Shown piece after piece: positions 24,003-37,386 of a stretch of 64,000 nucleotides of DNA. A program made the translations under genes and the position numbers. The notes beneath the pieces are model-generated. The model was not told the DNA's origin. It saw only the letters and a list, made by a program, of their open reading frames with translations, and searched no databases. Origin of the DNA: Parasitella parasitica NRRL 2501 (taxonomy: Eukaryota > Fungi > Mucoromycota); assembly GCA_025201805.1 (NCBI GenBank), contig MU619292.1:89469-153468 (forward strand). Direction: 5' to 3'. The stretch's first letter is position 1. Each line of letters opens with the position of its first letter.

Positions 24003-25314
24003 TTAGTGCTGATCACCTATTGCAAGGTAATTTTGAGCTTGAAGAGGACCAAATGAAGTCGATTGCCCATTCGAGTTTACGACTGCTTGGTTGTTTCCAT
24101 GATCGCTAGGTGGTAAAAAGACAACTCTTGTTTGCGGAGCCTTGGAGATGCTATTTAATGTCTCGAGATATCTGATCTGCATAGCAGAAGGTGTACTCAA
24201 TATATCAGCTGCTTCTCTCATTAGTTTTGCGGAATCGACCTCGGCTTTAGCTGAAATGATTTTGGATTCACCAATTCGTTTAGCCTGTGCTGCAGCACTA
24301 AGAGATTCTTGCAGTTCTCTGGAGAAATTGAAGTCTTTGATCAAAATAGATTCAATCTATGTACCATACATTGGCTTTAGTGTTATTGCTTGAAGCTTGC
24401 AACTTTGAGTATTCATATATTTTACCTTGACACCCCATTCCGAAGCAACTCTTCCAGTAATTTCTTGCACTTCATGAGCGATAGAATCTCGGTTCTCTAC
24501 ACATTCTTGTAGTACCTTGCTACCCAAAATATGACGCAGAGTAGTTTGAGTTCTGTAGCGTTTGTGTAGAGTATTAGATTAGTAAATTAACGAAAGCTTC
24601 TACCGCAATATGTGTCCTTCATTTTATATACCTTTCAACCAATGCCTTCCTCACATCACGCACACCATACTCGGCTTGATAGGGATCAACGATATGCCAA
24701 TACAAAACACTGTCAATTTTTATAGTAATGTTGTCCTTTGTCATGACAAATTGAGACGGAATATCGACAACTTGAATTTTGACATCCACCCTTGTGATTG
24801 ACTCGGTTACTGGATTGATTTTAACAAGGCCAGGATCGACGCACTTATAGAATTTACCAAATCGTGATATGAGACCTACGCTTCCCTGACTTACAGGATT
24901 ATAAGGGTTTGGGCAACAAACACAGCATGGAATCTACGTAGGAGAGAAAGTCGATCAATATCCATATAACAAGACATCACTGTCAATATAAACTTACAGA
25001 TCCAAAAGCACCAATTATAGCACCAAGACCATTCATCATGTTACCATACCATCCCTAAATATACAAAAAATGATTTATGGGCTGTCTGGCCAACAAAAAT
25101 AGTTGATAATTACATGATCGATAGTACTGATGTCAAGCTTCAGAGCAAAACTAGGTTGTACGCCACTTGCAGCAAACTCGCCTTTCTTTTGATGAAGACC
25201 ATGAGTATTGACGGCCGATGAAGGGCCAGTAGTTGAAGGAGAAGCACCTCTACTGTAGGTTTGGTTTGTCAGGGGAGTAATATCGTCCTTGTAATTATTG
25301 TTGTGGCTAGCCAT
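24003..25314 (-). CDS. Stomatin/band-7 (SPFH) family protein, paralogue A
   Basis: CCVCCPNPY hairpin, 'TKDN...IDSVLYW', 'TQTTLR', 'AQAKRIGESKII.A.AE' and 'AMQIRYLETL'. 4 introns. Confidence 0.93.
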
Positions 25315-25783
25315 GATCGTTTGCAAAAAAAAAAAAAAAAAAAAAAGAAAGATACAAGAGAAAAATGATAGAGTTAATCAATTCAGAATATGAAATAAAT
25401 ATGTGTGAAAATTAAACAGAACGTTGCATTGCAAAAATTGCTTAGTGGGTCATAAAAGTATCTCGAAACACGAGAGACAAAAATCCAGTGTAACATCTGC
25501 TTAGCATTTGAACCTAATAATACCATAAAAGTGATTTTTATGACCAAATTGCTTAGCCTTAGCACACTGCTTAGCACATTTTACACATGAGACTTGGCTA
25601 TATTTCTGCACACGCTCTATAAACACTACATCCTTGTGTTTCCTTGTTTCTGTGAGAGATTTCTTAAAGCTATCAAGTTGATAAATTTACTCTTCCTTTT
25701 TCTTTTTCTTTTTCCTCTTGAACTATTTAAATCTTGAATTCTCGTTTTGGTTCCTCTTTTTCCTACAAAGCAAATAAATTAAC

Positions 25784-27123
25784 ATGAGTTATTCCAAAGC
25801 AGGTATATATATGCAGCTTAGCCTTTTGAAAAGAATCAACCATTTATTGATCTGTTATCTACAATAGATGACATTACTGTTGGTATTGCAGTGCGCGGCG
25901 TTCAAGCCTCTTATGCAAGAGAACTTGACATCAGTAAAGACATTCCTCATGTAAGCAATTAGAAAGAGAGAGAGAGAGAAATAAACATGTACTTATGCAT
26001 ATCTTGTATATCGTTGCTAGGGATTCTATGAGACAATGATGACTTGCATTGGTAATACGATAGGCTTTTTTGGATCGGTATGCACATAATAACAGCATTA
26101 TAGCGACACTTTATTAGTTTACTAATGTACATGTGTATAGTTTCCTTGCATTGTTTGCTGTCCTAATCCTTACAATAAAATCCGTCAAGGTATTTATATT
26201 ATGTAGGCCGGACTTCCCTGATATGTTTACTTAGACATTTTCGTATTGTAACTTAGGCAACGTTGGATTAGTAACAAAATTTGGAAAGTTTTACAAGTGT
26301 GTTGATCCAGGCCTTGTCAAGGTCAATCCAGTGACAGAGGACTTGAAAAGGATTGATATTACGATTCAAGTTACCGAAATCCCTAAGCAAGATGTGATTA
26401 CCAAGGTATAGTTTTCATGAGCAATATACAAGATTTGACTAATAGATAATATTTACATTTACATAATATATCTTTTTATATAGGACAATGTTAGTGTCAA
26501 TTTGGAATCAGTTATTTACTGGCATGTAGTTGATCCTTATCAAGCGGTCTATGGAGTTTCGGATGTGAATCATGCTTTAATTGAAAGGTGAGTAAAATAT
26601 TGCAACTCTGTTAAAGCTTGTACATGCTAAAATTTACACGGATTCTCGGACAGAGCAAGTACATCTTTGCGCGATGTTTGCGGTGGCCATTCTGTTCAAG
26701 ATCTCATTGAAAACAGAGAAGCAATTTCTGAGGAATTACATGAAATCATTGGCCCTATTGCTAAAAGTTGGGGAGTCAAGGTACAATACAATTATTTACA
26801 AAAGGAAAGGAGCCATCTCAACTGATTACATAATATAGATTGAATCAACTCTGGTGAAAGATATTACTTTATCCCAACAGCTACAAGAATCATTATCATC
26901 TGCAGCGCAAGCTAAAAGATTAGGTGAATCTCGAGTAATTACATCGAAAGCAGAAGTTGAAGCAGCTAAGCTTATGCGCGATGCAGCTGATATTTTGAAT
27001 ACGCCAGCGGCAATACAGATTCGATATTTAGAAACATTGCAAGCTATGAGTAGAAATGGGTCTGGCCCAAAGACGATATTTGTGCCCCTTCCACCCTCGC
27101 AAGTTGGCCCCACCAGTAATTAA
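25784..27123 (+). CDS. Stomatin/band-7 (SPFH) family protein, paralogue B
   Basis: CIVCCPNPY, 'FGKFYKCVDPGLVKVNP', 'AQAKRLGESRVI' and 'AIQIRYLETL'. About 7 introns. Confidence 0.92.
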
Positions 27124-28150
27124 ATGTGTAGATGTGTTTTTTCTGTACATTTCACAGTGATAGCGCAAATTTATTACATATTACGTAAAATCTCATAGTC
27201 GATCCACAACTCCATAAATATAACCCATAAACTAGTTTTAACCTTAGTTGCCTGGATTATTCATTCTACGTGTTTGTTCGGCACTGCGTTTAGGATTCAA
27301 CGGATCCCCAATAAACTGTAGCTTACATAATAGATTTGACCACACTTTCCATCTCAAAATGAGGAGCTCAAGTATTGCAGGTGTTTAATTGGCAGAAAAT
27401 CAATGTTATGTATCACATTGATGTAATTTAGAACCAGATCAGTATCCATTATCCGCGGATGGCAAAATACCCAAATGTTTATACACTACAACTGTGGATA
27501 TTTTAGTCATGTGTAATAACAGTTTGGAAAAAAAAATGAGGCGCATTCGATTTAAGAGAAATGTCATTCATTTTTTGTTTGCATCTAGAGAAGGGAGGAC
27601 AGAAAGAGTTTAAGGCGTAAGCTACACGATACAAAATATTAGAGCATTCTTACGTAAACTTGAAGAGGGTGGGTTATTAATCAATAGCCCCAAATATTTA
27701 AAGTTTAAGGCGGACATACTGGTTAAATTGGCTTGTCGGGAACTTGCAGTAAAAGTACGGACAAGTGTTTGATTAATAAAGTTCGCGTTATGCTCTTCAC
27801 CTCAAATATAAAAAAAAAACGCAAACAAGCTGAAAAAGATAAAAAGACATTTAATCTATAAAAAAATTGCGAGAAACAATACTGTAAAGGCGTAAGAAAT
27901 AATTTATTGGAATCTGATAACCAAGTTGAAAGATAAGGATCTTTTGGATGATTACAAACTCTTTCCCGCTTCTAATGCTTTTGTGTTTAAGCAGTCCTAA
28001 TGCAGGCACCCGTAGCCGCTTACATCATCCTGAGAGAAGCATTTGTCTATATAATGGTGCATTTTAATTTGCATCTGCTTCAGATTTTGTTTTCTCGTTC
28101 TTGTTCTTTACATTTCTCCAAGAAATTAAAATTTACATTCGATAATTAAA

Positions 28151-29803
28151 ATGGTTGAAGCTGTGTAAGTGGCGCAAGATTGAACGGCACTTGATGAACG
28201 ATGCATTAACCATTATCTCGTAGTGCTGATATTGGTCTTATTGGTTTGGCCGTCATGGTACGTATTGCACGCCAGCCCTGACAACATGGTCTAATGTTGT
28301 GTTGTTCATAGGGTCAGAATCTCATCTTGAACATGAACGATCACGGTTATACCGTTTGTGCCTACAACCGTACCACCTCCAAGGTTGATGATTTCTTGGC
28401 TAACGAAGCCAAGGGAACCAATATTGTTGGTGCTCACTCTGTTGAGGAGCTCTGTGCCAAGTTAAAGCGTCCCAGAAAGGTCATGCTCCTTGTCAAGGCT
28501 GGCTCTGCTGTCGACGCCTTCATCGAGCAATTGTTACCCTTCCTCGAGCAAGGTGACATCATTATTGATGGTGGTAACTCTCATTTCCCTGACTCTATTC
28601 GTCGCGCCAAGGAGTTGGAAGCAAAGGGCATCCTTTTCGTTGGTTCTGGTGTCTCGGGCGGTGAGGAAGGTGCTCGTTATGGCCCTTCTTTGATGCCTGG
28701 TGGCAACCCTAAGGCCTGGCCACATATCAAGGAAATCTTCCAAGCTATCTCTGCCAAGGCTCCCGATGGTGCTCCATGCTGTGAGTGGGTCGGTGAATCT
28801 GGCGCTGGTCATTATGTTAAGATGGTTCACAACGGTATTGGTAAGTTGGATCTTGCCGCGTTTCTGTTACAATACGCGTTAAATTGAAATGCTTGGGATC
28901 CTAACTGTTTTTTTGGTTCTTTTAGAATACGGAGATATGCAATTGATTTGTGAAGTCTATCAAATCATGAAGGAAGGTCTCGGACTGTCTCACGATGAGA
29001 TGGCCGAGATTTTCGAAGAATGGAACAAGGGTGAATTGGACTCTTTCTTGATTGAAATTACCCGTGACATCCTCAAGTTCAAGGATACTGATGGCGCTCC
29101 TCTTGTTGAAAAGATCCTTGACACTGCCGGTCAAAAGGGTACTGGTAAGTGGACTGGTATTGACTCTCTCGACCGCGGTATTCCCGTTACCTTGATTGGT
29201 GAGGCTGTCTATGCTCGTTGTCTTTCTTCTCTCAAAGGGGAGCGTGAACGTGCTTCCAAGATCTTGAGCGGCCCCTCTTACAAATTTAAAGGCGATAAGA
29301 AAGAGTTTATTGCTCAACTTGGTCAAGCTCTTTATGCTGCCAAGATTGTATCTTATGCTCAAGGGTTCATGTTGATGCGTCAGGCTGGTAAAGACTACAA
29401 TTGGAACTTGAATTTTGCCGGTATCGCCCTCATGTGGCGTGGTGGCTGCATCATCCGCTCCGTCTTCTTGGGTAAAATCAAAGATGCTTACACCAACAAC
29501 CCTGAACTCGAGAACTTGTTGTTTGATCCCTTCTTTACAAAGGCAACTTCTGATGCCCAAGAGTCTTGGAGATCCGTTATTGCCCAAGCCGTCCAATTAG
29601 GTATTCCTACTCCTGCTCTGTCTACCGCTTTGAACTTTTATGATGGCCTCCGTCATGAAATCCTCCCTGCTAACCTTCTTCAAGCTCAACGTGATTACTT
29701 TGGTGCTCACACTTATGAACTTTTGAGTGCTCCTGGTAAACACGTCCATACCAACTGGACCGGTAAGGGTGGCAATGTCTCTGCTTCCACTTATGATGCT
29801 TAA
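28151..29803 (+). CDS. GND1: 6-phosphogluconate dehydrogenase, decarboxylating
   Basis: ADIGLIGLAVMGQNL, VKMVHNGIEYGDMQ, GQKGTGKW and QAQRDYFGAHTY motifs. 3 introns. Confidence 0.98.
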
Positions 29804-30379
29804 ATAGTCTTAACACATGTGTAATCTTTCATCTTTCACTCTTTTTCCTTGTACTTCTACATGATCATAACTACAGTTTTGGTGAGAAATCATTTTATTT
29901 TACTTGCATCAACAAATTTGTATAGTCTATAAAATCCACCTTTCCTCAACAATAAAAAAAAAAGGTTTTTTTTGTTAGTAAGGCATCATTTTCAATGAAA
30001 AAATCAATGCCCATTTCGTCCAGTTTGTCCGTCCAATCGTCTATGTCCCCCCCCCCTCCACCCCTTTTTACGTGCACTGTTCTGTGTGTTTTATGGCCAG
30101 AAAATTACTCCAGGGAAGGAGATATTAAACGAAGCCAAATTTGATGTTTTATACGACATTGAATTTCGGTAACTGAGCAATGCCCTCACAGAGCCATTCT
30201 TTGGTGTCCACTGGACGTATCAAATATAACTCATTTCGGTATAACAGGCACCGTCGTTCTACTGAAAGTTCCTGCTCCCCCGCGGTTCCTACAGATAGAC
30301 CAAATAGTCAAGTTATACGTTAGTATCAGACACCTATAATTATTGTTGTATTCAGTTATCAATGTAATAAAGTTGGTTA

Positions 30380-31270
30380 TGCTCAAAGAGATTATTTATA
30401 TCCAAGAAAATTACCTTGAAAAAAAAAAAAGCACAATTGGAGTAAAGCCTGGAGAAAAGGCACCTATACAATATTGACACCAACAACTAACTTGAAAATG
30501 TCACACAGACATTTGAAAGAAGTCTACATGATGAGTATCCAAATGCAAAGACTAGCTGCATTAATGTATCGTCTTTGGGATGTTTTGCTTCCTGATATAA
30601 CGCAAGGTTATCCAGGAACCAGGTGAGGCATCCAAGCCAAATGAATTAACGATGCTGAGAGAAGCAAAATCAGAAAAGCCATGTCATTAGGTGATATGGA
30701 GGCAGATGACTTATTCACTTCTCAAGGTAGCCTAATTCAAGTTTTATCAATCGCTACTGACGACAAAGCTTATGAAGTCGATGTTGGCCCTAAACAAAGC
30801 CGAATGAAATCATGCATTTGCAAGGATTATCTAACCAACAAAGCTTTATGTAAGCATACGTACCTTGTAAACACTCTATCTCACTATTTTTGGCCTCAAA
30901 TGCTCTGTCTTTTTCGTACTAGGTGCATACAGTTAACAACATTGGCTTGCTCGAAAAAGATGCTCACTTGCCAATAATTGAGTGTAGTACAAGAGGACAC
31001 GAGGAGCAATCGAAATAGATATAACTGTGTAGCAGGAAGAAAGGCATGAATTATTGCTTTCATTACTTTAGAAGTAAGTATTAAAATTATTCGAAAATTG
31101 CCATATAATCATCAATTAATGGGACATGTTTACCTAAAGCAATAACTGTGGTGATTATGCTTATACAGAACTCACTGAAGCAAACTATAGAACAGATGGG
31201 AGAGAAATCTTCAACGAAATGAAAGCATATAGAAACATCCCGTTAGGAAGCCATCAAAGCAGATTTCACT
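30380..31270 (+). pseudogene. Degraded Mutator/MULE transposase with SWIM zinc finger
   Basis: 'WSKAWR...NIDTNN*LE..HRHLKEVY' matches the MULE TNN..ES.H..LK motif. The SWIM motif 'CICKDY....LCKH' is present. Stops and frameshifts interrupt the frame. Confidence 0.75.
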
Positions 31271-31450
31271 GTACATGTTATAATATAAATGTCAATAAAT
31301 GATCATAACATTACTATTTTATACTTAACAGCGAAATTTTTTGTTTATTGACCTAATTTGCGCGTTCTCTGGATAGATATTTTTCAAAATTTACGCCCCA
31401 CTGTAAAGGGTTCCAATTTCTTTTTTCTTTTATTTCGTTCACTATTAATT

Positions 31451-33567
31451 ATGAGACTATTCTCTATTGCAAACACATTATTGATAGGATATTTAGCCTA
31501 CTGCGTAAACGCAAAATCTGTTGAATTAAATGCTGATAATGTGAGCGATAGCATCAGTTCAGGTACATGGTCAATATCGTTTCATGACAATGCAAAAACT
31601 ATCCGAAGCAACTTTTAACCATTTTGGGGCACATAGGCTTATCGAGCACTTTTCACCATACTGCATCCACTGTAGAAATTTTGGTATAAATATTGAACAG
31701 TTAAGATCACATAGAATAAGGAAGCCTAATAGATATTGCATGTAGCACCTGACTGGAAAAAACTATCAGAAGATTTAGATAATCTTGCAGAGGAAAGCAA
31801 CTTTCATTTTGGCACTATCGATTGTTCTACACAAGGAGACTTATGCGATGAACACGACGTTATGGGATACCCAACTGTTCAATTGTGGGAAAACGGTGAA
31901 AAGGTTGAGCAGTATAAGGGGGCCAACAAATATGATCCTTTAACTGAATACATCAAGGAAAGAATTGCCTCTACATCTAACGCTAAATTGGAACCAGAAG
32001 TAGTATATGAAGAAAAAGATGAAGGGGAGGCTTTTCCTCCTAGGACCGATGAAGTTGAGAAAGAAGAAGAGGAGGAAGAAGCGGAGCAAATCGATACATT
32101 GGTACAGCAAGATAAGAAAGAAGAAAAAAATGATTTGGTTTTACCTAATCCTGAAGGAATTTCTGTCAATTTGGATGAAGAAAAAATGAAGGAAATTGCT
32201 TCAAACAAAGTGCCTTGGTTTATCAAATTCTATGCACCATGGTGCCCCCATTGCAAAAGTCTTGCTCCTACTTGGGTAGAAATGGCATCTCAATTGCGAG
32301 GTCAAATCAATGTTGGTGAAGTAAATTGTGATGCCTTACCTGGTAAGTTACGCCTAGTTGTTTTTTGGACAAGACATTTTCATGCATGCTCATAAATCGC
32401 TAGCTGTCTGCGAAACTTATGACATTAGAGGCTTTCCCACTCTTAAAATGTTTGGTCAAAATGGTGAACCTGTACAGTACGCTAGCGATCGCTCTTTGAT
32501 CAGTCTTATGAATTTTGCAAATGCTCATGCAGGGTAATTAATATACATATTTGGGTATATTTCTTACTGAACTAAAAAAAAAAAAAAAAAAAGACCCCTT
32601 GTGAAGGAAGTCAACGCTAATGAATTGGATCAGTACTTGAGTATCAACGACGTCTCATTAATCTATTTGCAGGGAAGCAAGGAAAGTGAAGCACCTGGAC
32701 TTATCCAAAAAATCGCTGGCCAATTCATCGGCACTATTCCATTTTACGCAACAAAAGATCAAGAGACGCTCAAGAAATTCGACTTGGCTCCTTCTGATTT
32801 ACCTGCTGTTTTAATTGTTAAAGATAACACGCATTATGTGTATTCTCGTGGAAATTTTGAAGACAACAAGCTCAATTATGAATCACTTACTAAATGGATT
32901 GAGAAGGAACAGTATCCTCTCGTCAGCAAATTAGGACCTAGTAACCAACAAAGCATTTTGCAAGGTAATGTGCCTGTAGTCATCAATATTGTCAATGTCA
33001 AAGATGCAATCAGTCAGTCGAAGTTTCGTAACATTGCCAATGCCTGGAGTAAATCATCCAATGCTGATCAAAGCAAAGCCATTTTCGCACAAATGGACCG
33101 TACCATGTGGAAAGACTATGTACGAGATAAATTCAAGATCCAACATGATGAAACTGCCAAGATTGTCATTTACGATGCGCCTGTATGTAACATTCTTATT
33201 TGCATAAACTATGGCACAACAAAACAAACTGATTTACTCTCCCATTTATTTTTAATAGAATTACACTTACTTTACAAAAGATGTCAACAATGAGCCCCTT
33301 TCTATTGATAAACCTGAAGGTCTTTATGTTGGTCTAAAGAATCTCCAAAAATTAAAGGGCCAGAGTACTTTGCTTGCTCATCAAAAGATTAGTGTAACCA
33401 TTTCTCGAAGCGTAAATTGGATCTTTGCTCATTGGATTATCAGCATCTTGGGTTTTGGTATCGTTGGTAGCTTTGTATATAGATATTTGACTTTCCATAG
33501 CCCAAAGAGGCTCGGTGGTGTACTGCCTTCTTTTAGATCTGTTGATACTTATTCTCATAAGGATTAA
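31451..33567 (+). CDS. Membrane-anchored protein disulfide isomerase (Eps1-like thioredoxin-domain protein)
   Basis: Signal peptide, active sites YCIHC and WCPHC, inactive Trx-fold domains, a C-terminal TM helix and a short tail ending HKD. Confidence 0.88.
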
Positions 33568-33699
33568 CCTCAATAAAATAACATGAAACATTATCTTGGC
33601 TTGATCTACCGATATATATATTATAAATTGTTATATTTTAGTATTCACTATATTTTGATATAAGATTTGTACATCAAGCTAAATAATCCACGAGTACCG

Positions 33700-35520
33700 T
33701 ATGAGAAGCGCGAAAGATCTGGCTCTGGCAGTTTAAGAAAAGCAACATCCTTGGCATGTTTGCCATACCCTTGGAATTCGATCATAGTCATCGCAGACGT
33801 TAGTTCTCACTGTTAAGTTGCGTGTATTCATAACACATCTATTTGAAGATCGAAAAAGTAGAGAGATAAAAGCTTTGTAACCCTCTCAAAACCATCAATT
33901 TGGATTATCATATAGCGTACCAAAATCACCAAAATTGCATATAGCCAATGCAAATAACTTTTTGTATAGGCAAATATAAGCCCTATATCCAGCTTTATTT
34001 TATAAATACCATTGATTTGATTTGATGAATGGAAACAAGCAATCAAATCGCTTGACATAGCTTTTATTAAAAGGGGTGATAGTTATTGTTTGCAGGTGTC
34101 TACCAGATATGGTAGTGCACCTATAATATTGAATATGTGTTGGGAAGCTACAATAAGATAGCCACTTGCGATTGAGATTTCACGTTATTCCTTTAAGAAA
34201 CAAAAAACGAAGCCGCAGAAAAAGTGCCACCTTCGATTCTAGCCTTTCCATGAAGCTTCTGGAATCTGCTAGCGCACTTTCTGTTGGTTTCTTTTTCCCT
34301 TTGGCGCATGGGGCTTACTTAAGCCATTAATGAAAACTTGCGACAAGGTGTATCAAAAACATCCAAAATAACAGATCGAGCTTGTTCCCAAGAGAGACTC
34401 TTACTTGCCAGATTCTCTTGAAACCAGAACACTTGCTCACATTGAATGCTGAAGTATAAGGTTACAGATACTGGAAGTGGATGTTGTCATAATATCTTGG
34501 ATACTTTGTTTGGAAATGATCCAGCAATGTTCGCCCCGTGGTTGAGAAAAGTTTGAGAAAATTCCTGGGAGCTTACTTGGTTCCACATATTGCTTCTTTG
34601 TTGTTGGAAATCCGTACAGAAAAGACTCCAAGTAATCGGTTTTATGATAAAATCCTCTTTTTACTACTACCCAGGAACCTTGTGAAGACGTGGGTATCAT
34701 TGGCAACGAATCCTTTATCTTCTTGCTTATATGTCATCAATAATACTCGATTTAGGAAAGAAAAATTACTTGAACCGAAATGCATACTTGCTGTAACCAC
34801 CATTTCCATTTGTCGAATCAAAAGACTTGCTGTTAGCAGCAGAATCGATCAGGTTGAAGGCATTTGAACTCTCACTATAAAATGACTGCACCATCTGTTT
34901 TCAATTGAGGCGCAAAGCATGATACTAATAGGTAACTTGGGTATGTCTCAATACGAATCAATAGCTGAGATGCTGTATAATACGGCCTCGAAAACCATTT
35001 TTACATACCTTCATTTTTTGGATGAAATAAATACTAACAAATCTGAAATACCACCTCTTTCCCCGCTTATGGGCATAATCTTCAATCTCTAATATCTTTG
35101 CAAACCATTAAGCGACAAAGACACAACCTTCAGCCAAAGTCTTCTTCTTTTGCATCATTGCACAACATGTCCGAGTCTCATGTACCTCTCGCTAATTGCC
35201 CCTTATTTTGGTTCCTTTTTTTCAACCTCAAGCTATCAAATGGGATCTCGTTAATGCAGCTGGTGAAAACCCTAAGCAGTTACCATTCCAATAAGCGGGC
35301 CCAAAAACGAACCGATGAGAATGATGCAAAAAATAATTTTTGTAAACACTGCTTGGTTTAAAGGTATTCGTTGCGGTGAATACGCCAAACATACGAAACA
35401 GTAAAACTTCTCGTATGACCGAAAGAAGCTATAATTAACATCACAAGGAGGACAATACTGAGCCTGGAACGCTCGTAATGAGCAACAAATAGACAGTTCA
35501 TCAAGCACTAAATGGAACAA
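33700..35520 (-). pseudogene. Degraded coding relic of unknown family
   Basis: Several short coding-like minus-strand frames broken by stops. No identifiable domain. Confidence 0.3.
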
Positions 35521-35846
35521 ACGAAATAGGGGTACTATTTGAATTGATTACAACACGCTGGTTATACAGTATCAGCGCTGATTTACAATTAATCAGTCAA
35601 CATGCATGTAAATAATGTAGCTGAGATTGGTCAAAATTTACACAAAAAGGGATCTACAACATAGTTAAAGTTGGTTGCATGATTTATCAGTTTCCATTCA
35701 AGGGGCTACATTGGGAAAGAAACGGTTTTTTGATTTATTAATATGAATTAGGATAGAGGAGACAAAATAATAGGAAAGAGCTTTAGACGACTATGCATAA
35801 GTTTTGTGATCCAAGTACAATATACATTTATATATATATATATGTC

Positions 35847-37201
35847 TTATGATTTGATTTCCTTTGGTGTGTTATTAACTGAAGAAGAAGGAGGAGATAA
35901 CGAACGTGCACGACGGGTATTTAATAATATATGGTCACTTGGAGAAGCAGTGTTGTTGTTGTTGTTGTTGATGTCAATGGCAGATTTTGGGTCTTGGCGG
36001 TGCTGCTGACGATTTAATTCCGAAGATTCATTTTTACCATTGTCACTGCTATGTGCACTAGATGCGCTAGTTGTACTTTCCGTGTCGCTCTTTGCTGTCG
36101 TGGTCGTTGTCACTGTTGTTGTCTTGGTAACGGAATCCATTCTACCCAAATTTGTATCAATTGGGGGCAGAACTGGCTTGGCAGACCGAGGAGATGGAGA
36201 AGGAGAGGATGCATTATCTGCTGCCTGATGAACTACAACCGGACGAGGTAATGTCGGTTTCTTTTTCTTGTTTGGATGATCTTGAGATTGTGCTGAGGAT
36301 GATAATGACGGAGGGCGAATGGGAGAAGCGGTTAATGGAGAAGGTGGACCGCCGTTGCTTCTTTGAATTTTGGCCTTCAGAGCTTCCATCACTTTATTGT
36401 GGGATATTTTGTCTTGGTCTACATCGTTGGGTAAAGAAATGGAAGATCGATTGCGCTTTTTGCTCTCTTCAGAAAGACCGGCAGCAGCAGCGGGAGAAGG
36501 AGAGGTCTGGCGAAACTGAGGTAAGCGAGAGGCAAAATTCTTTTCATCAGCAGGTGGAGGACAAAGAGGATGGGCTGAGTGAGGATAAGGCATTGAGGGA
36601 GATGCTGGTGGCTGCTGTTGGCCCGGGCCATGTTGTGATTGATTGCTAAAACGAGCGAGTACCTGTTGCTGGACAGGAGCCAGGCCGTAATATGGGTAAG
36701 GATGGGGAGGATGTGATGGATGTGATGGATGTGATGGATGAGATACGAGTTGAGGTTGGGGATGAATTGCTGCAACTGAGTGAGGATAAGGCTGTGGATA
36801 ACCTGGAGGATAAACAGGCCTCTCGAATCTTGTAGATGCCTTTGATTGCTCACGAGCAAATTCCAAGTCCATGTGTCTTAGCTGAATGCGGGCCTCTTCT
36901 GCTTTCAATGTGTCCTTGGCGGCTTTTTTCTGTTTGATATGTCAATGCAAAAATTCCCTAAGCAGCACACGGTCTTTATAATTACCTTATCCTCCTCTGA
37001 TTTGGCTGTGAGGATGTACTTTAATAATTCAGGGTCTTCGTTGTAGCGATCTAAAATCTCTTTCACAGTAATGTCACTCATGTTTGGATTGGCAGCAGCT
37101 TTTGATTGAGAGGGCGAAGGGGGAATAGGCCACTGGAAAGCAGAAGTTGGTTGTTTTGAATGCGGTGATAAAGAGTTGGGATGAGGCGAGTGGTTTGCCA
37201 T
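35847..37201 (-). CDS. Hypothetical Pro/Ser/His-rich, probably nuclear protein
   Basis: Two exons. The segment 'IL..Y..DPELLKYILTAKSEEDK|K.A..D.LKAEEARIQ' is followed by a low-complexity region with basic clusters. Confidence 0.75.
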
Positions 37202-37386
37202 AGTCTGTTTTAATTAATTAATTTTTTTTAAAGGAGAACAAAGAAAATACAACACACTTCCTTATTTCAAAAGAACCTTAAAAATAAACATTTATTCACG
37301 TCACCCTCCCCCAGCCAACAGAACTTTTTCCTTTGGGTGTACAAATACAATCAAGATTGAATTCGTGTTTTTTTCTTTGTTGAAAA

